Of a stretch of DNA of 50,951 nt, positions 27,313-36,487 are shown in pieces. How positions within the stretch are numbered: position 1 is the stretch's first letter; each line of letters starts with the position of its first letter. The notes under the pieces are model-generated. The model was not told the DNA's origin. It made no database searches and worked only from the letters and a program-made list of their open reading frames with translations. The stretch spans positions 1-50,951 of the forward strand of contig JBBUGM010000027.1 in assembly GCA_038077975.1 (NCBI GenBank), read 5' to 3'. The DNA is from Patescibacteria group bacterium (GTDB lineage Bacteria; Patescibacteriota; Minisyncoccia; UBA6257; 2-01-FULL-56-20). Both the position numbers and the translations under genes were made by a program.

Positions 27313-28535
27313 ATGCTCGTCCCGGCAATAGAAAACAAGCTTCCTGTTCCAATTACGGTACAAAATGGAGGGGTCGCAAAAATTAGCTGAACGCACGGCT
27401 TGGCAAAAGAATAATTTCCCAACCAAATTGCGCCAATTCTCATGGATTCAAACGGATAGAAAAATGGAGGGAATACCATGCTAAGCGGCATAACAAGGGA
27501 ATCCGAAACGGGCGGTGGCGTTGGTAGCGTGATACCAAACCAAAAATTTGCACTGCAAATGCAAAATGGTGGCCAGCCGTAAATTGGCCCGCCCGGAGGA
27601 AGAGTGATGGCCCCGCCAAATCCCGGCAACTGTGCAAATGCTCGCTTTGGCACACCTAAAAATTCTGCCAGTTTCTGAAAAATGCCGGTGGAATCGTAAG
27701 AAAGAACATTCAATTGATCCAAAAATTTTTCATTTTCGAATAAGGATGTTGTTCGAAAGCGAGCAAAAAACAGTGTAAGTTCCTGCACGCTAATTCTGCC
27801 TTCGATTGTGGCGATAGCCTTATCGATCAACTCAATTGTTAAATCGTTCAAAGAAATTACCAATTTATTAGTCGTGGCTCCATCTCCAAAAACAGAGATA
27901 GATCTGGCGAATTCCTTACGGGCTTCCATAAAATCACGATAGATAAGCAAAGAATTTTTTATTTCCGGCGATCTTGCTCCATCTAATACTTTTTGGACAA
28001 GTTCATTCGGCAAAAGAGGACCGCTGCTTGCGTTTAATGCCAAATTTGCAAAACGAAGATTGTCAAATTCGATGCTTTCATAGCCGGAAGAAAACGCTTC
28101 AGCGTAATCAAGTGCTGTTTTCACACCGGCACTATCTATTCGCAGAATTTCATCGGCGATTACTGGCAGTTTAAGAAGTTCTTCGGCAGGCGGCGGCACG
28201 GTTATACCCGGCTGCCCCAGGGCATCTTGAACAGCCCTTGTCACGTCTTCTATCGACGGCACTTTTATGTCGAATTTAGGCGGTGAAATCGGCTCAAAAA
28301 CGCTTTTCCCGTCCTCGAGAGAGGGGATTCCGAGTGGGCCGGATGGGATGGATTCTGGCGGCAAAAACGCGCTCCCAGAGGGCTTAAATTCTGGTACGGA
28401 AACCGGCGGCAATCCGCCCCCGGGAGCTACGGCTTCCTTGGGCGCGGTGAATGGCGGAAAAACGAATATTAAAATTAAAAGAAGTCCTAGGCCGGCCACG
28501 GCAACAACGATCAAAAATTTGGGAGAATTAAGCAT
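27309..28535 (-). CDS. Membrane-anchored two-module surface protein
   Basis: N-terminal TM, Pro-rich linker, helical module, internal PKRAFA, Cys-containing C-terminal domain; stop codon shares TTAA with pcrA. Confidence 0.8.
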   Translation of the reverse strand: MLNSPKFLIVVAVAGLGLLLILIFVFPPFTAPKEAVAPGGGLPPVSVPEFKPSGSAFLPPESIPSGPLGIPSLEDGKSVFEPISPPKFDIKVPSIEDVTRAVQDALGQPGITVPPPAEELLKLPVIADEILRIDSAGVKTALDYAEAFSSGYESIEFDNLRFANLALNASSGPLLPNELVQKVLDGARSPEIKNSLLIYRDFMEARKEFARSISVFGDGATTNKLVISLNDLTIELIDKAIATIEGRISVQELTLFFARFRTTSLFENEKFLDQLNVLSYDSTGIFQKLAEFLGVPKRAFAQLPGFGGAITLPPGGPIYGWPPFCICSANFWFGITLPTPPPVSDSLVMPLSMVFPPFFYPFESMRIGAIWLGNYSFAKPCVQLIFATPPFCTVIGTGSLFSIAGTSI

Positions 28536-28564
28536 CTTATAAAATTATAATAGCACAATTCCAG

Positions 28565-28682
28565 ACAAATTTTCAATTATCAATTCTCAATTTTCAATCA
28601 AACCTCAAGCATTAATGCGCAATTGAAAATTAAACCATTTTGGAACTTTATTGATAATTGCTCATTGAAAATTGATAATTAA
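28565..28682. repeat. 7-nt periodic palindromic element (TCAATT/AATTGA family)
   Basis: Left arm ttttcaa-ttatcaa-ttctcaa-ttttcaa; right arm ttgaaaa/ttgataa units. Confidence 0.8.
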
Positions 28683-28685
28683 GCC

Positions 28686-29573
28686 ATGAGTCGCCTTGGC
28701 CAACATTTTTTAAAAGATAAAGTCGCGCTCAAAAAAATTGTTGATGCGCTGGATTTGCGCTCCGGTGACATCGTTATTGAGATTGGAGCGGGACACGGAG
28801 AGCTCACTAGAAAAATTATCAATTTTCAATTATCAATTTTCAAAAACGATGCGCAAAAAATTAAAATTATTGCAATCGAAAAAGACAATGGTCTCGCAAA
28901 AGAATTTGCGAGAAATTTTCAATGTCCAATTTCCAAGTTTCAAGAAAATGCTGATAAATTACTAAATGAAAATTTCGTGCTCTTTAATGATGATGTTTTG
29001 AAAATTCTAGCGCCCTTGATCGAATTTCTAAATTTGAAAATTGAAAATTGTAAATTGAAAATTTGCGGGAATATTCCCTACTACATCACCGGAAAACTTT
29101 TGCGTATTTTGAGCGAGCTGGAAAATAAGCCGGAGGTTTCCGTTTTCACAATCCAAAAAGAGGTTGCCGAAAGAATGTGCGCCTTGCCGCCGCGTAATAA
29201 CCGCTTGGCCGCAATAACACAGTTCTGGACAGAGCCAAAAATCCTCGAATATCTCGCGCCCGGGGCGTTTAATCCGCCGCCGGAGGTGGAGTCCGCCATC
29301 ATTAGATTAAAAATCAAAGATCAAAATGCAAAATTGATCGACGCGTGGAAATACTACGAAACCGTAAGAATTTTGTTCCAACAGCCGCGCCAAACAATTT
29401 TGAACAACCTCGCGCGGGCGACTAAACAAAAAAGGGCCATCGGCACAAATCAGCCCAATCGGCATAAATCAGCGATTATAGAAAAGCTTTCCGCAATAGA
29501 GATCGATCCCGAAAGCCGGCCACAAAATTTGAGCGTTGGAGAAATAATTCAAATCAGCTCCTTAAACCTTTGA
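28686..29573 (+). CDS. rsmA: 16S rRNA dimethyladenosine transferase with repeat-derived insertions
   Basis: LGQHFL, IEIGAGHGELT, AIEKD, GNIPYYIT, QKEVAERM, FNPPPEVESA, RPQNLS. Confidence 0.95.
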   Translation: MSRLGQHFLKDKVALKKIVDALDLRSGDIVIEIGAGHGELTRKIINFQLSIFKNDAQKIKIIAIEKDNGLAKEFARNFQCPISKFQENADKLLNENFVLFNDDVLKILAPLIEFLNLKIENCKLKICGNIPYYITGKLLRILSELENKPEVSVFTIQKEVAERMCALPPRNNRLAAITQFWTEPKILEYLAPGAFNPPPEVESAIIRLKIKDQNAKLIDAWKYYETVRILFQQPRQTILNNLARATKQKRAIGTNQPNRHKSAIIEKLSAIEIDPESRPQNLSVGEIIQISSLNL

Positions 29574-29764
29574 TCGGTCAATCCGGCATCGCGAATAATT
29601 CCGCGAAGGGTGTAGGGGTTAAGACGAGTATGTCGCGGTATAGTCACCCTGCGTCGTCCATCCGTCATGCCAATGTGTTTTTTCCCGCGACCTTCTGAAA
29701 TCCAGAAGCCGACTTTTTTTAAAGCCCTGACCAACCGATCGGATGAAATATCCGTAAAAAGCAT
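29549..29764 (-). CDS. hicA: HicA-family toxin
   Basis: LVRALKKVGF...GKKH...VTIPRH...TLRGIIRDAGL; TGATG coupling to hicB. Confidence 0.88.
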   Translation of the reverse strand: MLFTDISSDRLVRALKKVGFWISEGRGKKHIGMTDGRRRVTIPRHTRLNPYTLRGIIRDAGLTDQRFKELI

Positions 29765-29970
29765 CAGCCAGCGGCGATTTCCAACTCTCGAACCTTAACA
29801 TTGGTTCCTTCGGTCTCTGCCAAATCCATCCCAATATATGTCTTAATCGCGTCCCCGATGTTCTCTAGTGCCTCTTTTTCGGTTTTCCCTTGGCTGTGAC
29901 ACCCGGGAAAAGCGGGGACGTGGACATCGTAGCCATATTTGCTTTTCCGCAAAATAACAGTGTATTTCAT
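29764..29970 (-). CDS. hicB: Short HicB-family antitoxin
   Basis: VPAFPGCHSQGKTEKEALENIGDAIKTY; no C-terminal DNA-binding domain. Confidence 0.9.
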   Translation of the reverse strand: MKYTVILRKSKYGYDVHVPAFPGCHSQGKTEKEALENIGDAIKTYIGMDLAETEGTNVKVRELEIAAG

Positions 29971-29977
29971 TGCTTTT

Positions 29978-30005
29978 ATGCTAACAGGCCTAAAAAAAAA
30001 GTCAA
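29978..30005 (-). promoter_or_regulatory. hicBA promoter, likely leaderless
   Basis: TTGACT-16-(TGt)TAGCAT, then 7 nt to ATG. Confidence 0.6.
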
Positions 30006-30094
30006 GTTTTTGAGAGGCCGGCCTGCCCGAAACCGCTGTGTATAGTTTGGGAATTTCCTGGGTATAAAAGATATATAATGAATGTAAACGCCCC

Positions 30095-30228
30095 TTTCCG
30101 GCGATTGGTTTACGGTTTCGACGCCCGTATGGGATATCGGTTTACGGCGTATGGTTTCGAAGCCCGAATAACTTTCAACGTATAACGTATAACGATACGC
30201 GCTTCGTAAACGCACAACGTATAACGAT
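30095..30228. repeat. Long imperfect hairpin element, copy 1
   Basis: 30143-30187 matches 48105-48149 at 42 of 45 nt; tandem tataacg units. Confidence 0.8.
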
Positions 30229-30234
30229 GCTCAA

Positions 30235-32412
30235 ATGGTTGATATAAAAAAACTTATAACAGGATTTTTGATCTTGGCCGCAGTCGCGAGTTCTTCGGCC
30301 TTATTCCTGTCGAGCATAATTCCGTCCAAAAACGTTGCGCTTCAAAGCGAACCCCTAATCGAGGAATCATCCAATAACTCGCTCCCCCCTCTTTTGTCGC
30401 AAAATGCTTTCGTCGAGTCCCTGCCCGCATCCAAACCAGCTACTACACCCACACCATCTGCCTATGCTTCCAGCGACGGCCTGCCCCCGGTAATTCCAAC
30501 CGACAACCTCACGGAAAATCTCGCCCAACAGCTTACGCGTGGCATTTTCGCATCAAATCCCAACGGGCCGGGCGAAGTGGGCGGCGAAGCGGCATTTCTT
30601 TTACCGTCGGGAGAAGAGCTCGACTCCATGCTCGGGCAAAGCCTTGCGGCAAACAACCAGATCGGCGCATTGCCGGATTTTAACAATCCAATCTCGGATG
30701 TAAATCTAAAAATAATATCAAACGCAAGCCAGAAAGACGCCGAAAAATATTTTGAGGCGGTGGACAAGGCCCTTGGGCTGACTCTCTTCAACCAGAACTT
30801 TGACAGTTTGTTGGCGCAGGAGCCAAGTTTGAACGCGGCGGCAAGCGCTCGGCTTGTCTACGATGAAGCTGTTATAAAACTAGAAAATGCTTCTGTCCCC
30901 AAAGAACTCGTCTCGTTTCATAAATCGCTTCTCGCCCTCGTTTCCAATCAGAAAAAATTTACCGAAATTCTGACGAGCCATCTCGACGATCCGGCAAGAG
31001 CAATAGCTTTGGCAAGGACCGCGCAGGGAAAAATTGACGATGTAGCCGCTCGCGATGTTGAAAACTACCGAAAGGAATTTGAAAAACTGGGGACTATTTC
31101 TTTCTCCGGCAAAAACTCTTTGTCAATCTTCCAAGATTCATTCGGCATAAAAACGGCACATGCTTTTATCTTTGTTCCTATTAATCGTGCCTTAACGACT
31201 GATCCCATAGCAATCGCCGAAAAAGTTTCCACTTGGGGCAACTGGATACATAATCTTTATACATGGGTCCAGGACTATTTATTGGGCATACTCCAAAATC
31301 AACTGATTTCGTTAATCCAGAGACAGCTGATCAATTGGATACAAGGTGGCGGAAACCCCAAATTTATCACGGACTGGAAGAGCTTTTTGGGAGATATTTT
31401 CAATCAGGCGGCGGGGGCGGCGATAGACGAGCTTACTGATGGAGCATTGTGCAGTGCTTTCGGGCCGTTTATACGACTTAACCTTCGCAATACCTTTTCC
31501 GGCGGCGGCAGTTTGAATATAACGAGTTGCACGTTGGATCGAATAGTCGGCAATCTAAGGGGATTTTTCCAAGATTTCAGTTCTGGTGGATGGTTGGCAT
31601 ATGGGGCAATGTTGCAACCGGAAAACGATTTTTACGGCAAATATGCCATTGCATCTGAGTTCGCGCTTAGAAAAGCTGAAGACGCTAAAGAAGCCGCGAA
31701 AAACACCGGCCTTGCCGGTTCGGGCTTCTTGGGCACACAATCCTGCAGCGATGGTTCCGAAGCGCACCAGGGTAGATGCGCAGACGGTTCTACTCCTCAA
31801 ACGCGAACACCGGGAGAAACGGTAGCGAGCGCGCTTTCCGATTCGCTCAGCTTGCCGGGTCAGCGCATAGTCAATTCCAAACGCTTGGAGAACCTTATTG
31901 CCGCACTGGTGGACGCGGCGATAAACCGCATAATACAAAGCGGCCTTGCGGGCCTCTCGGGATTTTCTTTCAGCGGCTCCGGCCCGTCTCCCGGCGCATT
32001 GCCAACTATTCCCACCGAGCAACAGGGAACCCAACCGTCGGGCTCAACGCCTGCAACGGGTAATGCCGGCGGATGGACTGGCGGAGGGTCGAGCGGTGGC
32101 GGCGCGGTCTGCGGCAACGGCTCGTGTGAAACCGGCGAAACAATAATAAGTTGTCCCGCCGATTGCGGTGGCGGCGAAGGGGGCGGTGGAGGATTGGCCT
32201 GCACGCCGTCGACACAAAACGTTGCTGCGGGAAGCCCGGCAGCGCTTACGGCACAAAACGGAACTGGTAATTACTCCTGGGGTGCACCGGGCGGCTCACC
32301 ATCGAACGGCACTGGCCCATCTTTCTCCGTTACATATCTCTTCACTGGGCTAAAAACCGTCCTTCTTGGAGACGGCGTAAGCAGTGTCAGCTGCCAGGTT
32401 ACCGTCCAATAA
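30235..32412 (+). CDS. Large membrane-anchored surface protein, first gene of the T4SS-like cluster
   Basis: N-terminal TM, helical module, internal GIKTAHA, Gly-rich linker, CGNGSCETGETIISCPADC repeat, terminal Ig/PKD-like domain. Confidence 0.85.
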   Translation: MVDIKKLITGFLILAAVASSSALFLSSIIPSKNVALQSEPLIEESSNNSLPPLLSQNAFVESLPASKPATTPTPSAYASSDGLPPVIPTDNLTENLAQQLTRGIFASNPNGPGEVGGEAAFLLPSGEELDSMLGQSLAANNQIGALPDFNNPISDVNLKIISNASQKDAEKYFEAVDKALGLTLFNQNFDSLLAQEPSLNAAASARLVYDEAVIKLENASVPKELVSFHKSLLALVSNQKKFTEILTSHLDDPARAIALARTAQGKIDDVAARDVENYRKEFEKLGTISFSGKNSLSIFQDSFGIKTAHAFIFVPINRALTTDPIAIAEKVSTWGNWIHNLYTWVQDYLLGILQNQLISLIQRQLINWIQGGGNPKFITDWKSFLGDIFNQAAGAAIDELTDGALCSAFGPFIRLNLRNTFSGGGSLNITSCTLDRIVGNLRGFFQDFSSGGWLAYGAMLQPENDFYGKYAIASEFALRKAEDAKEAAKNTGLAGSGFLGTQSCSDGSEAHQGRCADGSTPQTRTPGETVASALSDSLSLPGQRIVNSKRLENLIAALVDAAINRIIQSGLAGLSGFSFSGSGPSPGALPTIPTEQQGTQPSGSTPATGNAGGWTGGGSSGGGAVCGNGSCETGETIISCPADCGGGEGGGGGLACTPSTQNVAAGSPAALTAQNGTGNYSWGAPGGSPSNGTGPSFSVTYLFTGLKTVLLGDGVSSVSCQVTVQ

Positions 32413-32424
32413 AAATTTCTTGAA

Positions 32425-34806
32425 ATGTCCATTCTGAAAATAAATAAAAAATATTGGCTGGCGTTTATTCTTCTGGCGGTCGTTTTTATGGTCGCGACTC
32501 CACTAAATTTAGCGCGCGCGCAAGAACTTCCGAGCGCCCGTTCATGCGCCGGTAATCTTGTTGGTTGCGGAGTATATGTCACCGCATTGCTTGCAAATAA
32601 AATCAGTGGGTTGCTGGTATCCGGCGGGGCCTATCTTTTTGAGATTTCCCTGGAATTTAGCGCGGGGGCCGCTCGTATGCCGGTCGTTGAAAATGGTTTC
32701 AGCACGGCTCTTGCAATAGCCAATCTTGGATTTGTTCTTGGCATTATAGTAATCGCTATTGCAACAATTCTTCGCAATCAGACGTATGGCATCAAACAGC
32801 TTCTTTGGAAACTGGTAGTCGCGGCAATACTTGTTAACTTCTCTTTAGTAATAGGAAGAACTATTGTGGAGTCCGCGGATAATTTAACGAAGTCGTTTTT
32901 ACCGAACAGAAGCGTGCTGGCGGCGAGATTAGCCGATGCCCTCAAACCGCAGGCCGCCAATATTCCCCCGGTGCTTGCTTCTGCGGGCTCGAGCGGAGCA
33001 TGGTCGGCAAGTGTATGCGCCGATCAAGCAAGCAAGCTTGGAACCGACGCATTAAGAAAAGCGGCCGCTGCCACGTGTTCATTTATGGCCACAATACTAG
33101 ATCCGGTTTCAACTATACAAAATTTTACCTGGTTCTGGGGGCTTGGTCTGGGGGATTTATTCAGGGCGGCGCTAAATATGGTGATGGTGGTCTTTGTCAA
33201 TATGGTAATTGCATTTACTTTGTTGGCCGCCGCCATAATGTTAATTATCAGATTCTTTTACATAGGCATTTTGCTTATATTAATGCCGTTCGCGTGGCTG
33301 ATGTGGATTTTCCCGAACTTCAAATATCTGTGGACAAAGTGGTGGGGCTTGTTTTTAAGGTGGACGATGTTCGCGCCTGTCGTCGTAATTTTCTTGTTCC
33401 TTGCTTCTGAAACAGCTCAAATCGAATTTATCGACAATATAATCGGTGGCGCTGGAAACTTAAACAGTAGCGCTGCCATAGCTTTGTCTGCCGGAACCGG
33501 CAATCCCGCGCTCACCTTCTCTGTTGCGTCGCAAATAATGGTTGCCGCCTTTGCCCTCGGCGGGCTTTTCGCGGCTAACTCTCTAGGCATCCACGGAGCG
33601 TCATTCGCAATGGGCATCGCGAAAAGCGCGGGCACGATGGCGGCGGGGTATGTGGGGAAGCAAACCAAAAAGGGCGGCAGGGCTATACTGCGTAGCACGG
33701 GCATTGCGGAGAGAATGAGAACCAGTCCGTTGAGGCCGGTAGCTATTGCGGGCAGAGCGTTAGCTGGCATCAGTACGAACGAGGCGATGGTCGCGGAAGC
33801 CGCAAAAAAAGTGCTGGACAGAAAAGAGGATGTAATGGCAGGCCTTAGGGGCTCAATGAACACCGAAACACGGATGGCATATCTGCAAAAAGCTCAGAAG
33901 GAGGGCTGGATCAAACCGGATACGGAGGTGGGCGGTATGAGTGTGGGCGAATTTCTGAATCGGAATAGGGAAAAATTCAAGGGTTACGGGCAAAGCGGGG
34001 AAGGAAGTTTGGAAGAAAAATTAAGGGAGGACACGAAGTTGGCAGAACAAGATTGGACAAATGAAGAAAAAACAATCAATGCAAGAAACGGGGAACTAAA
34101 CAAAAAACGCAGTCTTTCCGACGAGGATGCCGCAAAGCAGGCCGGTTTGGGCGACGACGATAGGAATTTCTATTTGGCCGCAGAAAAAGAGAGCGAATAT
34201 GAATTTGCCTTGCGATCCGAAAAAGACAAAGAGAGGTTCTCTCAACTCCGCAGCAAGGCGCAGGAAGCCAGAGAAAAAGGCGGCCTCTCGCCCGAAGAAC
34301 AAAGAGAATTTGAAGAAAACCAGAGAAAACTTGGCGACATCGAAAGGAAGCGCAGTAAATACGTTTCAAAAAATCCGGATGCCGCCGCGGCAACTTTCCA
34401 AGACCACGAAGCGGCGCGCGCCAAACTTGCAGCCGAAGGCAAGCCGATTCCGGCAACGCTGGAGAAGGAATCGATAGAACGTATGCAAGAGGCAATGTTA
34501 AGCGCGATGGCTAAGGGTTTTTCTCCTCACACTGCCCGCGCCCTACTTGATGCCATTGGGAAAGCTAACAACCTTAAGCACTTTGAGGCCGCCGTAATGC
34601 GCCTAAAAGAAGGTAAAACGCCGGAGGATAAAAAGAAATTCGACCAAATACAGATGGCTCTCAACGCTAACACAGAACTCAAGCGCTGGATGCAAAACAG
34701 CGCGGGCCGGGCGCTTTTCGGCAACATTCATGAATTGTTCGGGCTTAAGAAGCTTAAGAATAAGAAGCGGAAGATAGAGGACGAAGAAGATGAAGAAGAA
34801 GCATAA
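32425..34806 (+). CDS. VirB6/TrbL-like polytopic membrane protein with a charged coiled-coil tail
   Basis: Signal peptide (LARA-Q), multiple TMs (IILLILMPFAW-like, WWGLFLRW), long K/E-rich C-terminus; context upstream of prgI and virB4. Confidence 0.72.
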   Translation: MSILKINKKYWLAFILLAVVFMVATPLNLARAQELPSARSCAGNLVGCGVYVTALLANKISGLLVSGGAYLFEISLEFSAGAARMPVVENGFSTALAIANLGFVLGIIVIAIATILRNQTYGIKQLLWKLVVAAILVNFSLVIGRTIVESADNLTKSFLPNRSVLAARLADALKPQAANIPPVLASAGSSGAWSASVCADQASKLGTDALRKAAAATCSFMATILDPVSTIQNFTWFWGLGLGDLFRAALNMVMVVFVNMVIAFTLLAAAIMLIIRFFYIGILLILMPFAWLMWIFPNFKYLWTKWWGLFLRWTMFAPVVVIFLFLASETAQIEFIDNIIGGAGNLNSSAAIALSAGTGNPALTFSVASQIMVAAFALGGLFAANSLGIHGASFAMGIAKSAGTMAAGYVGKQTKKGGRAILRSTGIAERMRTSPLRPVAIAGRALAGISTNEAMVAEAAKKVLDRKEDVMAGLRGSMNTETRMAYLQKAQKEGWIKPDTEVGGMSVGEFLNRNREKFKGYGQSGEGSLEEKLREDTKLAEQDWTNEEKTINARNGELNKKRSLSDEDAAKQAGLGDDDRNFYLAAEKESEYEFALRSEKDKERFSQLRSKAQEAREKGGLSPEEQREFEENQRKLGDIERKRSKYVSKNPDAAAATFQDHEAARAKLAAEGKPIPATLEKESIERMQEAMLSAMAKGFSPHTARALLDAIGKANNLKHFEAAVMRLKEGKTPEDKKKFDQIQMALNANTELKRWMQNSAGRALFGNIHELFGLKKLKNKKRKIEDEEDEEEA

Positions 34807-34819
34807 ATTCTAGCTAAAC

Positions 34820-36358
34820 ATGACTAATATCACCACGCAACAAGCAAGGGCGCGCTTCACAACAATTCCGCAAATCTTGCAGAACGAGGTTTTTTCCGTA
34901 CAAAACGCGGAAGTTATCGAGCAAATCTCGAAGCAAAATAATTTACCCGACGAGAAAATAGGAGAAGTTGCGGAAGTTGTTGGTTTCGCTCTTTTGGGGT
35001 TCATCCATCCCGAAGATGTGGCGAAAGAAGTAGAAGAACGGGCCGAAATTCCGCCCGCGCTTGCAACCGCGATATCCGAAGCGATAAATAAAAAAATATT
35101 CGCTTCTTTAAGAAACCAGTTAGATGAAATCTATGCTCCGGCTCCCCACGATCACGAACTCGAAGAAAAACCGCCGGTCTTTGTGGAAGAAATTAGGCCG
35201 CCGGTGGCGACTGCTCCTTCCGCTCCGAAAATGCCGACGGCGGTGCAACCCGTTGATATCAACAAAATTTTTGGCCCTTCGGCTGGCTCAGGGCAGGCGA
35301 TGACGCGACCCATTCCGCCGCCAGCGGTAAAACCTTTCGGCGCAATACAGGTTAAACCGCCGATGCCGCCTGCGCCGTCAACCGCAACAGGAATGAAAGT
35401 AGAGCCGCCCAAGCCGCCAGTATCGCAAATCTCTCCGATAAAGCCCGCCTCATCGACGCCTACATCAAAACCGCCCGGCAAGGAGGGATTGAGCGAATTT
35501 GAACGCCTCGGACTCGCCAAAAAATTAGGAGAGGCAACAGAACCAACGGTGCTTTACAAAGCACCAGAGGCAAAACTCGGCGAAAAAGTATCGAGTTTCA
35601 AGATCGAAACGCCGATCCCGAAATTCGACAAAGGAAAGCCCTTCGACTCCGCTCGGGGTATAACCGCTCCCCTAAGGCCGGCAGTACTCGAATTCGGGAC
35701 GGGCAAGCCGCCAGCCGCCCCTCCTTCGCCCAAAGCCGCGGAGGGCAAGGCGAGAATTGTGAACTATTCGGATCTAAAAACGACTCTTCCCCCGGTGGCA
35801 CCAAAACCGGCTCCAGAAAGAGAAATTAGGGAATTCACCGCGAAAGAAGCCGGACTCCCGACTTCACCCTCCAAAATTTCTGAAAGAAATTTAGGAGGGC
35901 AGGCGTCGGGAATGACAGAGAGGCCAGCGGCCGTGGCGCCATCGCCAATTAAACCCTTCGACTTCGCTTCCGCCGACGCCAGGGCTTTGGCGGACAGGCA
36001 GGGAATAAAAGCTCCAGAAAAACCAGCGGCTACACCCATGTCCAGACCACTCTTGGGGGACGAGAAAGCGATGCACCCCTCCCTTGAACCGTTGATGAAA
36101 AAAAGCGAGCCGCCCTCGCCTCCGGCTACGGCGAGCCAAAGACCGCCGGCTCCGCCGCCTTCCCCTTCGACAAGCTCAGGGAATAACGGAAGTTTATCGC
36201 CTGAGCGAGCTTCACGAGTCGAAGGCCGCCCTGCGACAAGCCCGGGAAATAACTCGACAAGCTCGGAGAATAACACCCCGCTGGCTTCTCCTCGCCCAAG
36301 AATCGAGCCACCACCCGTTCGTCGGCCAGAAAATCCATCCGACGAACGCAAGCTCTAA
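34820..36358 (+). CDS. Protein with a folded N-terminal helical domain and a Pro-rich disordered tail built partly from REP-like repeats
   Basis: Ordered first ~105 aa, then P/S/A-rich; repeat copies detailed in findings. Confidence 0.8.
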   Translation: MTNITTQQARARFTTIPQILQNEVFSVQNAEVIEQISKQNNLPDEKIGEVAEVVGFALLGFIHPEDVAKEVEERAEIPPALATAISEAINKKIFASLRNQLDEIYAPAPHDHELEEKPPVFVEEIRPPVATAPSAPKMPTAVQPVDINKIFGPSAGSGQAMTRPIPPPAVKPFGAIQVKPPMPPAPSTATGMKVEPPKPPVSQISPIKPASSTPTSKPPGKEGLSEFERLGLAKKLGEATEPTVLYKAPEAKLGEKVSSFKIETPIPKFDKGKPFDSARGITAPLRPAVLEFGTGKPPAAPPSPKAAEGKARIVNYSDLKTTLPPVAPKPAPEREIREFTAKEAGLPTSPSKISERNLGGQASGMTERPAAVAPSPIKPFDFASADARALADRQGIKAPEKPAATPMSRPLLGDEKAMHPSLEPLMKKSEPPSPPATASQRPPAPPPSPSTSSGNNGSLSPERASRVEGRPATSPGNNSTSSENNTPLASPRPRIEPPPVRRPENPSDERKL

Positions 36359-36485
36359 ATCCTAAGCCCTAAATCCTAAACAAAATCAAAATTCTAATGT
36401 TCCAAAACGCTAAAAACTTTTGGAATTTAGGATTTGTGGTTTGGGGCTTGTTTAGAATTTAGAATTTAAATATTAGAATTTAAAC
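36355..36485. repeat. 7-nt periodic palindromic element (CTAAAT/ATTTAG family)
   Basis: ctaaatc-ctaagcc-ctaaatc-ctaaaca left arm; ttagaat-ttagaat right arm. Confidence 0.8.
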
Positions 36486-36487
36486 TG

